DNA of 64,000 nt, taken from assembly GCA_951406725.2 (NCBI GenBank), contig OX597816.1:114142001-114206000 (forward strand), in the 5' to 3' direction. Both the position numbers and the translations under genes were made by a program. This stretch comes from Octopus vulgaris (Eukaryota). A model generated the notes under the pieces. The model was not told the origin of the DNA, made no database searches, and saw nothing but the letters and a program-made list of their open reading frames with translations. This document shows positions 1 to 14,454 of the stretch, one piece after another (the first letter of the stretch is position 1; every line of letters begins with the position of its first letter).

Positions 1-1365
1 GGAAGCAAGCAAATAATTTAAAACTGTTTGATTTCTACATGAGGTCATTTAATTCCATTTGTATTACTAATGCTCTTTGGAAAATGATGAACATCACACA
101 CTCTTATATTTTCCACTGTACAAGCATAATTTGTTGTGTGTCTAGCATTTTCTCTGCTTAGGATTTTTGCTAACCAAAAACGAGAGATCTCAGTGAAATA
201 CTGATTTAGAAAAATTAGTTCAATACCAGCAAGCAAAAATTTAAATCTTCATCGATATTTTAATTTATGCTTCTCTGTGCTGGCAGGCCTTGGTTGAGTC
301 CACCACACACTATATCACCAACCAACTCAATATTCTGAGATATTAGTGAGACCCACAAGAAGGACCATCTTAGCAGCATTATAGGCCCCAGGGCAAAGCA
401 ATGCACAGGGTCCTATAATATTTGTTTATTGACAGCAATCAACAGCATACACAGATCAGAAGTGGGACCCTTGGTCTGTGAGGAACCCTGGGCAACTGCA
501 TACAAACCCACAATGAGATCTAACCTCACCACGTTGTCTTATGTCTTCCTCTGTCAAAAGTACTCTTCACTGGTAGTATATGTTATTGATGATATTATAA
601 TTCTTTGTGTTCATATTTACATGAACTCCATAGGTTAAAGTGATTTATTTACATTACTGAAGAATTACTTATTCTGTCTACTTTTACTAAATAAGCAATG
701 AAAGAAAAAAAAAACTAATAAAAACAATGTAACTAAACAGAGGACATATTTCATGTTTATGATTTCCAAGTTTTGTGAAACAATGGGGCTGTTATACAAA
801 AGGCATTTTTCTAATCTGGCTGTTATTCATATGATTGTTATACATATGACGCTTTTCTAAAGTGGTTGTTATACATCCACTTTTACTTTAATTGCAGCAG
901 CCGTACTAGTTGTTATGGTTCAATGAAAAGCATATTAAAGCTTCTTGTTACTGTTGTAGTAGTTTTAGTATACAAATAAAATTATGAGTTTTACTATCAA
1001 CAAATGAGTTGGAGGAGCTCAAACAAATGCTGGGAAGTTTTCTTTCTGACATTCTAACTGTATAAATTTAAGGAATCACTATTTTACTCTCACAAATATT
1101 TTAAGATATCCATGTGATTCACTGAAATGACAATGATAAATAAAAGAAAGAAAGAGAAAGAATGGTACTAGAACTAATTCATTAGAAATAATTATGTCTT
1201 ATACTTTGAAAGTATACTCTTCCTTATGTAGGATGAGTGGTTTAAAATAAAGCAAAATTGGAAATAAAAATGAACAAAAATAAGGCAGTAATTGAAGTAT
1301 TGTAAATTTTATCTAGAAAGGTGCACTATTGTAAGATTATCAAAGAAAGCTTTAGTTTTGTGACA

Positions 1366-1454
<89 letters not shown>

Positions 1455-1534
1455 TCTGATTCCTATCTTCAAATAGATATGAATATCTCACCAGAACGAA
1501 TATTGTTCAGTCATAATTAGTTTGAACAACTATT

Positions 1535-1577
<43 letters not shown>

Positions 1578-2386
1578 ATGCTTTGTATGATCATTTCAGT
1601 CCAGTTGTAAGCTGCACCATCATTTCAAATCAAAATGGATTCTTTTCTGATAATGACGACAGTGTCCGTTTATGTCATGGCTTTAGTTTTCATAGAATCT
1701 AACAGATCAATCAACAAAATAACTGTACACTACCTCAGGTAGTGATCTAACCACGGCAGACAGACAGGCTGGCAATAGCAAAGAACAGATCTGCTTACTT
1801 AATAACACTCGTAAGAGGCATCACTATTCAGCTGCCTTGGGTTTTGCATGAGCTGTATTTCAAAGATGACAGCTTTAATATTCCTGGTTGCCAAAGAAAT
1901 TAACTTTAATGAAAGAAAATTCCTCATGACTCTAGGGAATATACAGGGCCATCGATTACAGAAAAATCAAAAGAACATATTTACAATATGAGAAATATTT
2001 CCACCTAACTTGATGAGAGTCTTAAACAGATGATTTCCTACACTAGATATAGACACTAGATCAAGGAAGATGTCTGCGCCAGCTGCAGTACCCTTTTATT
2101 ACTGCAAACTGATGAGAGGCTGAGAAGAGAGATGTGCAGAAAGCTGCTCATCTCACTGTATTTAATCAGTCGACAAAGAACACAAGTGACTTTTGATTAT
2201 AGTTCATAGCACTGCCAAAAGAAAGAAGCCGGGGCCATGTAGCTCAACACAGTCTAGCTATTTAGCAGCCACCTTGGTTTGTTTCGCATTCTACTTGCAA
2301 TATGAACATCTAGACTATCATTTTTAGAAACCTATAGTCTAAAGCTAAGGGATAAATCAGTGGGGTTTTCTTATAAATTTTTCCCC

Positions 2387-2421
<35 letters not shown>

Positions 2422-3841
2422 TTTTTTTCTTTTTTCTTTTTTAAATTATCAATAAATGAATAATGATAATGTACATTTATCAAAGAGGGAGAAGGTTATA
2501 ATAATTGATTCTGAAGATAAATCTATGTCAATGTGAGTGTATCTATGAGTTGTGTTCTTGCGTATGTATGTGTACATTTATGCATGTGCAATTCATGTAC
2601 ATGCATGTGTGTGTGTGTGTGCAGAAAAAGAAAGTAGATGTGCAGCATAAATAATAGAAATTCATCTTAACTAACTGGCAAAGCTTCATGTTATAAACAT
2701 TTAAAGTGAGTCTGCATTGATATGGCCAAAAGCAAGATTCAATATAAAATTGAAAACAACTTTGTTAAAAATTATTTATAAAACTGAATTTCAAGAACCA
2801 AATATTTTTATATAGGAAATAGGGAAATCAAAACTAGCACATTAAATATTTAAGTTGTTATTATTATTATTATTATTATTATCATTGTTATTATTATTAT
2901 TATTATTATTATCTGAAATATTAAATTTTTCTGGAAAATGAATATTTTATAGCTGGTACATTTTCTCTAGATTTGGAACAAAAACTATTGAAAGGAATTT
3001 ATTTTATAGAATGTATAAAAGTAGCATTTGCAAAGAGTATGTTCATTCTATATTTCATTTTCAGTAGCTCTTATTTCCAGTATATTCTCCTGTACCATTG
3101 GGTACATGAAACCAATGTGGTAGATTTATTTGGCATATTTCTTTCCGTTCAAATGTTTTCAAATAATGTTACGTGATTTTTCTTTCTTTCTTTTCTTTTT
3201 TTTCCCCCTACTTTCTGTTTAAAATTTTGGTGAATCTAATTTACGTGTAGTTAAACTTTCTTTAATTAAGACTTCTTCAACTTACATTTAGAATATCATT
3301 CAGTAATAATTTCTTTCTTAGATGTAAAGTATTTTTTTGTAAATAGAAAAGAATTGATCCTGGTTCTTATTTTAGCAAACATGGCAAAAAGTAAAGCCAA
3401 GTTCACTTTAGTAGGATTTGAAGAGCCAAATTATTGGCTTTGATGCATATACATTAATTTCGGTAATCTAATATTATAAGTAATGCAACTTCACATGATG
3501 CATTAACATTGCATCACAAGATCTTCCCAGTCTCTATTTTGAGCACATTATACTTCTTTGCTGCTTAGACAAATAAAACATATTTATAATTTAAAAACAA
3601 GACGCAGAGCTCGCTAATTTTGGATATTTTACATAAAATAGTTGACATACTTTATTTAAAGAAAATCCACGAAGACAATTGAAGAATTTTAATTTAGTTT
3701 TGGTAATTCTTAGTTTAACTTCTCTCTTGTCTTTGGAAAACAGAGAATTGATCAGAGACTGCAGGAACCTTCTCAATTAGAGTAGAGGATGAGTGAAAAC
3801 TGGTTTAGGTGATATTCATGAAGTAATAGGTATTTTAAGAT

Positions 3842-4060
3842 AAAGGCGGAAAGCTGGCAGAAACATTAGCATGCCAGGCGAAATGCGAAGCCGTATTTCG
3901 TTTGCCATTACATTCTGAGTTCAAATTCCGCCGAGGTCAACTTTGCCTTTCATAAATAAATTAAGTACCAGTTACGCACTGGGGTCGATATAATCAACTT
4001 AATCCGTTTGTCTGTCCTTGTTTGTCCCCGCTGTGTTTAGGCCCTTATGGGTAGTAAAGA
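3842..4060 (+). mobile_element. tRNA-derived SINE, family A, with 17-bp TSD
   Basis: The head is aaggcggaaagctggcagaa...gagttcaaattcc (box B) and the core is gaggtcaactttgcctttcat. It is flanked by the exact repeat aataggtattttaagat (3825-3841; 4061-4077). Confidence 0.9.
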
Positions 4061-4509
4061 AATAGGTATTTTAAGATGGCTATGTCTTTCAAAGTGATGA
4101 ATTAAATGTAAATTTTGGGGTAGAATATCAAGAGAAAAGAGGGAAAACAGCAAGTACTTGATAAAGAACAATGAACTGGGAGCAAATTATAGATTCATTG
4201 ATAAATTCTGAGGGTCAAAGTAAATTATAAAAGTTGAGTCCATTATACAAATACGTTACACTTAACATTAATATCTAAACACTATAAAAATGATTTCTTG
4301 CTATATTATTTTTTTTTATTCTTAGCTTTTGTCTGGTCAAATTGGAAATGCTAACAATTCAAAAATAATATGAAAGCTGGATGAATCCTTGTTATGCAGA
4401 TCCTAATTGTTACTGAATGTATCACTGTTATTGAAGTTACTGGTATATTTCATGCAATAAGTCATGGATGAAAGTTGTGTGAAACCAGGATGATGTAAAT
4501 TTTTAAATA

Positions 4510-4783
4510 CAACTTAGATATAAGCTTGATTCCCATACGGTAGATTTAAAGATAAAAACATTATTCTAATTTCGTTTTTGGATTTGGTTTGCAAAACTTT
4601 ATATGAATTCGTGTGTTGAAGCATATTCTGTTGTGTCTGGGGAGAGTCATTTTCTTTTTATGCCTTATAATGTAACACACTCAGAGGTAAAATTTCCACT
4701 TATTTCTTATTTTTATTTTCCTAAAATTTTTGTTGCATCTTGCAACCTTTTCAAGACTATTGAAAAGGTTGCAAGACACAACA
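4510..4783 (-). mobile_element. Interspersed repeat ending in a 24-bp-arm fold-back (possible Penelope-type inverted end)
   Basis: 4731-4754 tgttgcatcttgcaaccttttcaa and 4760-4783 ttgaaaaggttgcaagacacaaca are inverted (22/24) with loop gacta. The left boundary is approximate. Confidence 0.5.
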
Positions 4784-6035
4784 TAGAATCTAACATTCAC
4801 CAAAAGCTGATGTCCACTTGAATTCCCAATTTTCATTAGTAATTACTTAAATCCCATCTCCTCCATTTAATTCAAATTTATATACATTAACAGAAGTTTA
4901 TGCTTTTAGAGGGAAGTTTTTGTCTTCACATGGCAGTTCTTGGCTTTGAAAAGGTACATAAAAATATTTTCTCTTACTAATTTGCTCCTCTAGTTATTTA
5001 TAATCATTAATTATTCATCTGTATATTTACATTTTTTGTAGATATATAGACCAATTTAAAGAAATCTTTTCAAAATGTCAAGAGCACTTTCTTTAAGATC
5101 CATCTCTATACCAATACTAGGTCATAAATATAAAGAAAAATCAGGAAGTCTTGGGAAATAATTCATATAATATTACTACTGTGATCAATTATTTTTAATT
5201 TTGCATATATTGTAAAACAAAATTTGTGAGCTTTCATTTCCCAACCCTACTCCAAGTCTCCTTTTCTCTATTTCGCACACAAAACATACATTCAGATACA
5301 GATTATGAAACATATATCTGACAGAAGGTCACCAATAAATAGTGTGCTAATGAATAAATATATATAAATGAATAATTCAGTCTATACTACTATATACATA
5401 TAAATATTTGTATATCTATGATAAAGGGTCACCAATATATAGTTAAGTTGATGGAGATAAAGACAGAGAGAGAGAGAGGGGGGTGAATACGACTCTATAC
5501 TACTGCTACCATCATCAACACACATAAACAGTTGTATAGATATTTATTTAATAGTATAAGATATTAACAATTGCAACAATATGATACATCATGAAGTTAT
5601 GAGTAAACCTGGATAAGCTATGTTATTTGGAACCAATAGAAAAGAACCAGATACACAACTAATTTCATTTAAGACTAAATAATTAATTCATATAGCAGAT
5701 AATACAGGTTCTATTTTAACATTTGTTTAGGTTCTTAACATCTTGTGACCCATTTTAAAAATACTTTATTACAATTAGGTTTAGAGTTCAATTCATTAAA
5801 TATTTCAACATAACTCTTGTTTCCTTTGCTATTAAAATAGAAATTTTATTGAAAATACAATAATAAATTCTAGTTGTAGAACAGAATAAGTTGTATTTAT
5901 TAAGTCTTGCCTGGAGTTTTGATTTTGTGCCATATCAAACAATCTTAGCCTTAATATTTTTCAAAAATTTCCCCTTAACCTATTTCAAAACTTTCTATTT
6001 TGCTTCTTTCATGAATCTTTATCTTTTACTTTATC

Positions 6036-6410
6036 TGAGTCATTAGACTGTGGCCATGCTGGGGCACCACCTTGATGAATTTTAATCAAATGAATCAACC
6101 TCAGTACTTTAAAGTTTTTTTAAAGTCTATTATTTATTTTACTGCTCTCTTTAGTGGAACTACTAGGTCACGGGGACATAAACACACAAACACTGGTTGT
6201 CAAGCAATGGTGGTAGGACAAACACAGCCACGACGGACTTCTTTCAGTTTCCATCATCCAAATCCACTCACAAGGCTTTGGTCAGCCCAAGGCTATAGTA
6301 GAAGCCTGAGGCTATAGTAGAAGACGCTTGCCCAAGGTTCCACACAGTGGGAATGAACCCAGAATCATGTAGTTGGGAAGCAAGCTTCTTACCACACAGT
6401 CACAACTGTG
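6036..6410 (-). mobile_element. tRNA-derived SINE, family B
   Basis: The reverse head is tgtgtggtaagaagcttgcttcccaac...gggttcattcccactg and the body is ttgggcaag..cttctactatagcc. It has an internal duplication of aggctatagtagaag. It is homologous to 40745-41162. Confidence 0.85.
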
Positions 6411-6666
6411 CCCTATTGTCAATGATGGTTAATTTTCTCTTTCATAATTATTTTTCCCACTTTCAGGAATAACCTATGTGCACATAAGTGTTGTTTGTGA
6501 ATGTGTGAATGTTTATAATATTACCTTATATTGTTTAGTACATATTCTCCTAGGCATGTTTAAGCATATCTTTGAATCTTTGTATCACAGTATAAGCATG
6601 TGAGTGTGTAGAAAGAAGCATGAAAGCCTGTGTGTGTGCACATGTATGTATTTGTGGGTGTGTGTG

Positions 6667-6705
<39 letters not shown>

Positions 6706-7137
6706 TTGTTCTACTAAATGAATAGCTCAAATCAATCAGTAATTTACCATAAATCATCCATCAACATCTACCCTCATTCCAGCAGTGGGAGCAAGGCGAG
6801 GAACCCCTATGGTGTTAGGCAGCAAAAATACACAGTTGAAAGCCAATTTGTTCTTCTAGCTATTTATTCTTTCCTCAGTCGGTGAAAGGAAAAGAAACAA
6901 GTTCATGGAGGTCAGTATCTATTTATCATAATATTCATCTTTAGTGTGTCCCACCCTTGGGAGGTGGGGGGGATACAATTCCTGCAACTCTCCTTTCCTT
7001 CCAATCAGTATAATCTCCCTCCTCATTTGTGTATTTCCAAGTGTGAAAGAAACATATACACACATGTGTGTATGTCTAGTATCTATAAGAGTGGTGCTGA
7101 ATCAAACTGTTTTAAATAATAATAATAATAATAATGA

Positions 7138-7198
<61 letters not shown>

Positions 7199-7251
7199 AC
7201 CTATCTATCTACCTACCTATCTATCTATCTATATATACATACATATATATA

Positions 7252-7398
7252 TACCGGAGTAAACACAAATGTGAAACAAGGTGGAAAAAAGAGTACTCAA
7301 ATACCAGTGGTAGAGTAATATGCTTTATTTAAAGCAGCAGAAAATTCAACAAAACCTGTTACTCTGAGTTTCCCGTTGTCGTTCGTCGGACAGTTTTG
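7252..7398 (-). mobile_element. Probable Penelope-like pseudo-LTR fragment with variant hammerhead-like motif
   Basis: It is inserted between (TA)n tracts. Minus strand 7395-7361 reads AACUGU-CCGACGA-ACG-acaa-CGG-GAAA-CUC-AGAGU. A TAAATAAA signal follows downstream. Confidence 0.4.
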
Positions 7399-7400
7399 TG

Positions 7401-7725
<325 letters not shown>

Positions 7726-7781
7726 ATTACAAATATATATATATATATATACATATATATACACATATATATGTCTATGTT

Positions 7782-7831
<50 letters not shown>

Positions 7832-8651
7832 TACATATACACACATACTTATATATAGTACACCTTTATATGTATATATGTATATACATGTGCACATTTA
7901 TATACATATCTGCACAATATGTGTATCTGTGTGTGTGTGTGTGTATACCTCCACCCCTTCACTCACACACACACACACACACTATATTTGATACATAACA
8001 TACATACATATGAGCAAGCCTAAAGTCTATTGAGACAGCACTGGAGAGATGGGGGAAAAAATGTGTAGCTGCCAGATGTATTCTCTTCTACTGAGTGATG
8101 GATCTACCCATCACCACTGCCATCACCCCCACTCCCATTCGAAGCAATTGGTGGTGGATAGACTTCACAGTCTTTAGCATCACAGAATTTAAAAACAGGA
8201 AAGAAATGAAAGAAACCAGTATCAACTACTGTTTTTTACTTTGTTATTGTTGTTGCTGTTGTTTTCGTCACTGCAGATGTTCTTGTTGCTACAACTAAAA
8301 TCTGAAAAGGGCCTCGTTTGAAATAGAAACAAAATAGTTGGCTGAGGTCCCAGAGTAGTCAGTAAATTAGGCTAGGTGTTGAAAACAGAGTCAAGACATT
8401 GGATCAAGTAGTCTTAGCAGATGGGGAAGTTGGAAAGTATATTGTGTCTGGAGTGGCACTGAAGCAGAACTAGTTAAAGTCATCTAGTACCCACACACCT
8501 AACTGCTTTTAAATACATGTGCTGTGCTTATGTGTGCAAACATACATATAGACAGCTGAGTACAGCAGGCTTACTGTAACATATAACAAGTCAAACACAC
8601 CTATCATATAAGAAATAAACTTTCAAATTCGAGCTAAGTGAGTCTCCATAT

Positions 8652-8977
8652 CAGTGGTTCTCAACCAGGGTCTGTATAAGATTTTTAGGGGGTCCATGCA
8701 ATAAAATAGTAAATTGAGGTTCTACAATAATATTTTAACAGTCCCAGAAATTATCTTGCTTTAGATGTATGTATTGGTATTTATTGTAATAAACAACCTG
8801 GTTTCTTTCTCTAATGTTTTAAATAGTTCAACCAAGTTAATGTTTGGGGTAAAATAAGGAATTTTGAAAAAAGTTTCTATAGAACTAGTTTTATCAAACA
8901 GATATGGGAGTCCACCAAAATGAAATAGTAAACAAAGAGGCCCATAGATAAAAAAAAAAAATAGCTGAGAACTCCTG
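8652..8977. mobile_element. hAT (Charlie-like) MITE
   Basis: The ends are cagtggttctcaac...gctgagaactcctg. No clean TSD is visible. Confidence 0.6.
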
Positions 8978-9401
8978 CCTATACTGTCACTAAGCCTGCT
9001 AGTTACAGCAGTCAAATTTCCTCTCCTCATACTGTGCGTTCTTAAAAAAAAGAAGGATATATGGGACAGTAAGGACTTTGTTATGCTGAAGTTAAGGAAA
9101 AAAAAAGATTATAGGCTTCTTGGAACAGTGCTGACATGATGCTAAAAGCCCATATACATTAGCAGGCCTAATACTCATTAAACATCTGCTGAACCTATGT
9201 TATTTAAGTGTTGAAGCAGGATAAAAGAATTATTTAAACAAAGACAAGTGTAATTAGAGCATATCACAGTTAAAACCATTTGTACCTTCTCACAAACAAT
9301 GAAAATTACTCTGGGGAAATAAGGGTGAATTTGAGCAACCACTTGTTAACCCTCCCTCATAAACACAAATGCATGTTATTACACAAGTTCAAAGATCACT
9401 T

Positions 9402-9624
9402 AAGGCAGCAAACTGGCAGAATAGTTACTGTGCTGGACAAAATGTTTAGTGGCATGTCATCTGTCTTTTAGGTTCTGAGTTCAAACTCCCCTGAGGCCAA
9501 CTTTGCTTTTTGTTCTTTCAGGGTCGATGATATAAGTACCAGTTGCATACTGGAGATTGATGTAATTAACTGTACCCTCCCCTCCCCCAAATTTCAGGCC
9601 TTGAGTCTATTGTAGAAAGGATTA
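9402..9624 (+). mobile_element. SINE family A
   Basis: It has the same head, box B, core (ggggtcgat..aagtaccag) and tail (aaatttcaggcc..gaaaggatta) as the other copies. Confidence 0.85.
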
Positions 9625-11712
9625 TACAGATTCATATCAACAGTTAACTACACACACACATACACACAAATTTACAGGCTCATATGCATGGATAGAAACA
9701 TTTGGCAGATATAATTGAAACTCTGTGAGTGTGTGTGTGTGACTTTCCTGTACATGTGCTGTATTTAAGAGAAGCGAGGAAAGCCATATCCAGTTATATC
9801 CCACCTCTCAACTGGTTAGAGGAAAATACCAGGGAAGGACTTGCTGCTTTCAATTTTGAAGAGAAACAGCATTACATCAACTGTATGATGGTACATGTGG
9901 AAAAAGAATGGGAGAAAGAGGAAAATCTTTAAATACTTATCTACTTGAATTCTATGTGAAAGGGTGGTGGTGAAAAGTTTAGGTGTTTTTAGATGGAAAT
10001 CTCTGGGGCCTGACAAAGAAACCTGTAAGATGTTTTACGATTTATTATCTGGTCATTATGAGTTAATGCTTGGATATAAATAAATATTAGAATGACACAA
10101 ATAACAGAATTTCAGTGCATGAAGGTTTTCTCATTCTTTTGTGTAGTCATTGAACAGTTTTACTCATTTCTTAAGTATCAGTTAGGGAGACATAAAAGAA
10201 GAACAATTAACCCCCACCCACCTACCCACCCCTCCAAAGAAAAAACAACAAGAAAAACAACAAAAAAAGAAAAGAAAACATTCAATTGAATCAATAATTT
10301 TGGTTTTAATACAAATACTAATAGGAAAAGCAGTTAATTTAACAGGATAGCATTTGGTTAGGGACCACAGCAATCCAATATATTTATCCCAGAAGAGAAT
10401 ATTCTATAAAGAGACACTCTTTCCAGAGACAGAAAAGAAACAAGCTGGACTGCAAGCTTAATGCAACATGCCCGGACTATAACGCACAACAGGCACTGTA
10501 TAAAATGCTATCAGTGGGGACAGGCTGGGGTAGTTAATAACTATAACAACAGCAGCAGCATGTTTGTGAGAAGATGAGACATGTAATAAATATTGGGTAG
10601 AAGCAACTTTTATTTATAAAGAGTGGAGAAATGGGAATACTTTTATAAGAAAGTTTGGTGGCAACTTTTATTATCATACAAAATAAATTGTTTTATTTTT
10701 AAGAATTACTTTTTTTTTTTTTTTGGAAAGATTTGGTATCTTTTTCTTAAACAGAAAAATAAAAAGAAAATTTCCCTGTTCTTTCCACTCACTATCTTCT
10801 ACAAAGATGTGTATGTGTGTGTATGCATAAACACAAATATATATATATTAGTCATATACATACATTTATGCATGCACATACATACACACATGCACATTGA
10901 TATGAACTAAAATAATTTTACCAAATGTTGAAGCATGCAAAGTGTCAGAGCTCATTTATAGTTTTGTTAAATTTGATATGTTTCTTTTAGAAAAGTGAAG
11001 GATAAAACTAGCCATACAAAGCAAATTTTGAATTTTATTTCTATCTATGTGAAAATTCATAATGCAGGATTAATAATCCTTCGTCATACACACTTAATGT
11101 GTACATAAATTGCATTGTTAAAGACATCTCTCAATCAATAAATAACAACATATCTAAGGAAATATTGTTATGAGTGTAAACTATCCTTCATAATGTTGTA
11201 ATCAAGCCCCTTCTAATCAATCAATAGGAAGATAACAGATTCTGCAAATGAAAAACAGTTCAATCTGCTGTTTATTTATCATGCAATCTTTAAATTTTTT
11301 TTTCCAGATGAGTAATTAAGCATGTAAAATCTTCATTCCCTACCCTCAAAGTTACATAACCCTAAAAATTTCAGAAAAGAAAAAGAGCACTAATTATTTG
11401 ATATCTTTCAATATAAAGCATTCTTAAACACCAAAATTAAATGCCTAGAGAAACAAACTCATAGCCAATTGCTTTAAACATCAAATAAAAGTAACTTTAA
11501 AGTTATTTGTCTTTTCTCCTAGAGTGTCCCTTGGCAAAAAAAAGAGGAACTGAGAAATTGAACTCTCAAATGATATGATTAGTGAAATTTTCTCAATATG
11601 GATGTGAACCTGGTGTTTTTTAAAGTATCAAAATGTTCACTTACAAAAATATGTGCATATCTGCCTGTCTGTCTGTTTATCTATCTATCTGTCTACATGT
11701 GTGTGTGTATAT

Positions 11713-11758
<46 letters not shown>

Positions 11759-12379
11759 ACACACATAAATACACACACACCCTATTTATATATGTATATA
11801 TAAATATATATATATATACACACACACACACCTGTGCATAAATTCATTCATGATATTTAATTCTGGTACAAATATACAATAAGCACATAAACGCAATTTC
11901 CATGAATATACCTGTGTGTAAAAAAAGAGAGTGTATGTGTGTGTGTGTGCATGTGCGATGTTTCATATAAACCTACATATTTGCATAATTGAACTTCACT
12001 CCTGTTACAAAGACATTTTCAACAATCTTCAGAAAATGCATCTGCAATGATTTGTATTCAGATGAAGGAAGTGAAAAAAAAAAAAAAAATAAGTAAGTAA
12101 TGAAAGTTTTTTTAAAATTAAAAATAAATAAAATGAAATAAAATATTTCATTTCTCATCAGGTACAACCCAAAGTGAGCATTAACTGTTGTACCAATATA
12201 ATCCCTGTTACTGCGCCATCATACATGTATTTCTTACCAAGCTTTACTCAGAGTAAGATATATGTAAAAACAAATTAACTTTACTAAAATGTTAAATAGA
12301 TAATACATACATGTATATTAGTTTATATCTACCTATATGTATGTATGTATGTATGTGTGTATGTATGTAAGTATGTATG

Positions 12380-12410
<31 letters not shown>

Positions 12411-12460
12411 TATATTAGAATATATATATGTATATACAGAGAGAGAGAGATAGATAGAGG

Positions 12461-12515
<55 letters not shown>

Positions 12516-12720
12516 TGAGAGAAGAAAACACTTCTTATTGGTTGTATGATAAATGTATAGACATTATTCTACTGGATGTATTATTTATCATACACCTAAT
12601 ATATTTCAATATCTGCACATACATTATTCCTACTACTTTGTAAATTTGTGTATTGTAAAGCTTTCTTTTCTCATGTCTAATAGAAAAAAATAAAGAACTA
12701 TTATTGTTGAGATAACAATG

Positions 12721-12769
<49 letters not shown>

Positions 12770-12970
12770 TGTTTTATTTGCCACAGAGGCAATGAGAATA
12801 TTAATTCTTTTGAATTTAAATACAAGGTCAGAAATTTTGGAGGAGGAATTAGTTGATTAACTTAATGACAGTACTTGACAAGTACTTTGGATTCTGAGAT
12901 CAATTTAATTGACTAATCCCATCCCCTCAAATTTTCAACCATATGCCTATGCATCATAATTATTACTATT

Positions 12971-13397
12971 AAGGTGACGAGCTGGCAGAATCGTCAGCTC
13001 GCCGGGCAAAATGCTTAGCATTATTTCATATGTCTTCGTGTTCTGAGTTCAAATTCTACTGAGGTTGACTTTCATCTTTTCAAGGTTGATGAAATAAGTA
13101 CCAGTTGAACACTGGGGTTGATATAATTGACTTATCCCCTTCCCCTAACTTGCTGGCATGTGCCGAAATTTGAAATCATCATCATTATTATTATATGGTG
13201 TCGAGCTTTCAGAACCATTAACATATTTTGCATATTTTGTCCATCTTTACGTTCTGAGTTCAAATTCCACTAAGGTCAACTTTGCCTTTCACTTTTTGTG
13301 GGGGTCAATAAAATAAGCACCAGTACAGGGGGTGGGGTGTCAATGCAATCAATTATCCTCCCCTCCAAAATTTTCAGGTCTATAGCAGAAAGGATTA
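12971..13397 (+). mobile_element. Two tandem SINE family A copies (12971-13177; 13194-13397)
   Basis: Both contain ttctgagttcaaattc.actXaggt..acttt and the tail motifs. Further tail fragments lie at 12820-12950. Confidence 0.85.
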
Positions 13398-13831
13398 TTA
13401 TTATTGTATAGTACAATAAAAGGAAAGGATGACCCACGTAAAAATAGTACATTTTTAATCATATGATGTAGCATTATTTTAAATATCAAAAGGTACAATA
13501 GTTACATTTGAAACAACATATATCATTTTATATATGTTCTTTTCAATATTTTATATTAAAAATAAGATCACATTATAAAACGGTTGTAAGTTGATGAAGA
13601 TTTCTTTTCAAGTTTGAAAAAAATATTCAGTAACTTCTTCTCGCCCATTATGTGATATCCATCAATGGGAGATCAAAGTTGTTGACTTACACTAGCAACT
13701 GGTAGGATACAACTCTTACTAGCCACACCCATGGGAGGAGTTGAACTCAGAAATGCAAGCAAATACTTGCTGCTTTTGTAGTGCTGTTATTACTTAAAGT
13801 GGTAAACTCTTCCTACTTGTAGTACCTATAT

Positions 13832-14082
13832 CAGTATTTCTCAACCAGTTCTTACCTATGAACCCCTTTGATTCTTATTTTCCTTGGGTGGACTCTCCTA
13901 TGAATTTGATGCTTATAATATCCTATAATATTTTTATAATTAAATATTATTAGGAAGTGAATAAAAAAAATTGTCAAAATAATTTGCGTATTGTTGAAAA
14001 ATAATCAATTTATTGTACATAATATATTAACAATAAAATCTTATAAGGAACATTGAAATAAATAAACTTGTTGAGAGTTCTG
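13832..14082. mobile_element. hAT (Charlie-like) MITE
   Basis: The ends are cagtatttctcaac...gttgagagttctg. Confidence 0.55.
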
Positions 14083-14398
14083 TTTCTTGGTTAGTGTTTG
14101 AATACAATCAGTTAAACTAATGGTTATCTGGATGTTGTTTTATTAGCAAAATATCTAGGACTCTAATAGATATGAATTTATTAATATGTACTTGTAAAGT
14201 ATTGAAGTATTAATCACACAGGTTAGATTCAATCTCCAGCTGACTCCCACGATATATTTTTCTATATTCCTGAGTGTGCGCACACATGTGTGTGTAGGTG
14301 TTTGTGTATATATGTGTATGTGTGTATATGTTTGTATGTATGTGTGTGTGTGTATATGTTTGTATGTATGTATGTGTATATGTATGTATGTATGTATG

Positions 14399-14454
<56 letters not shown>

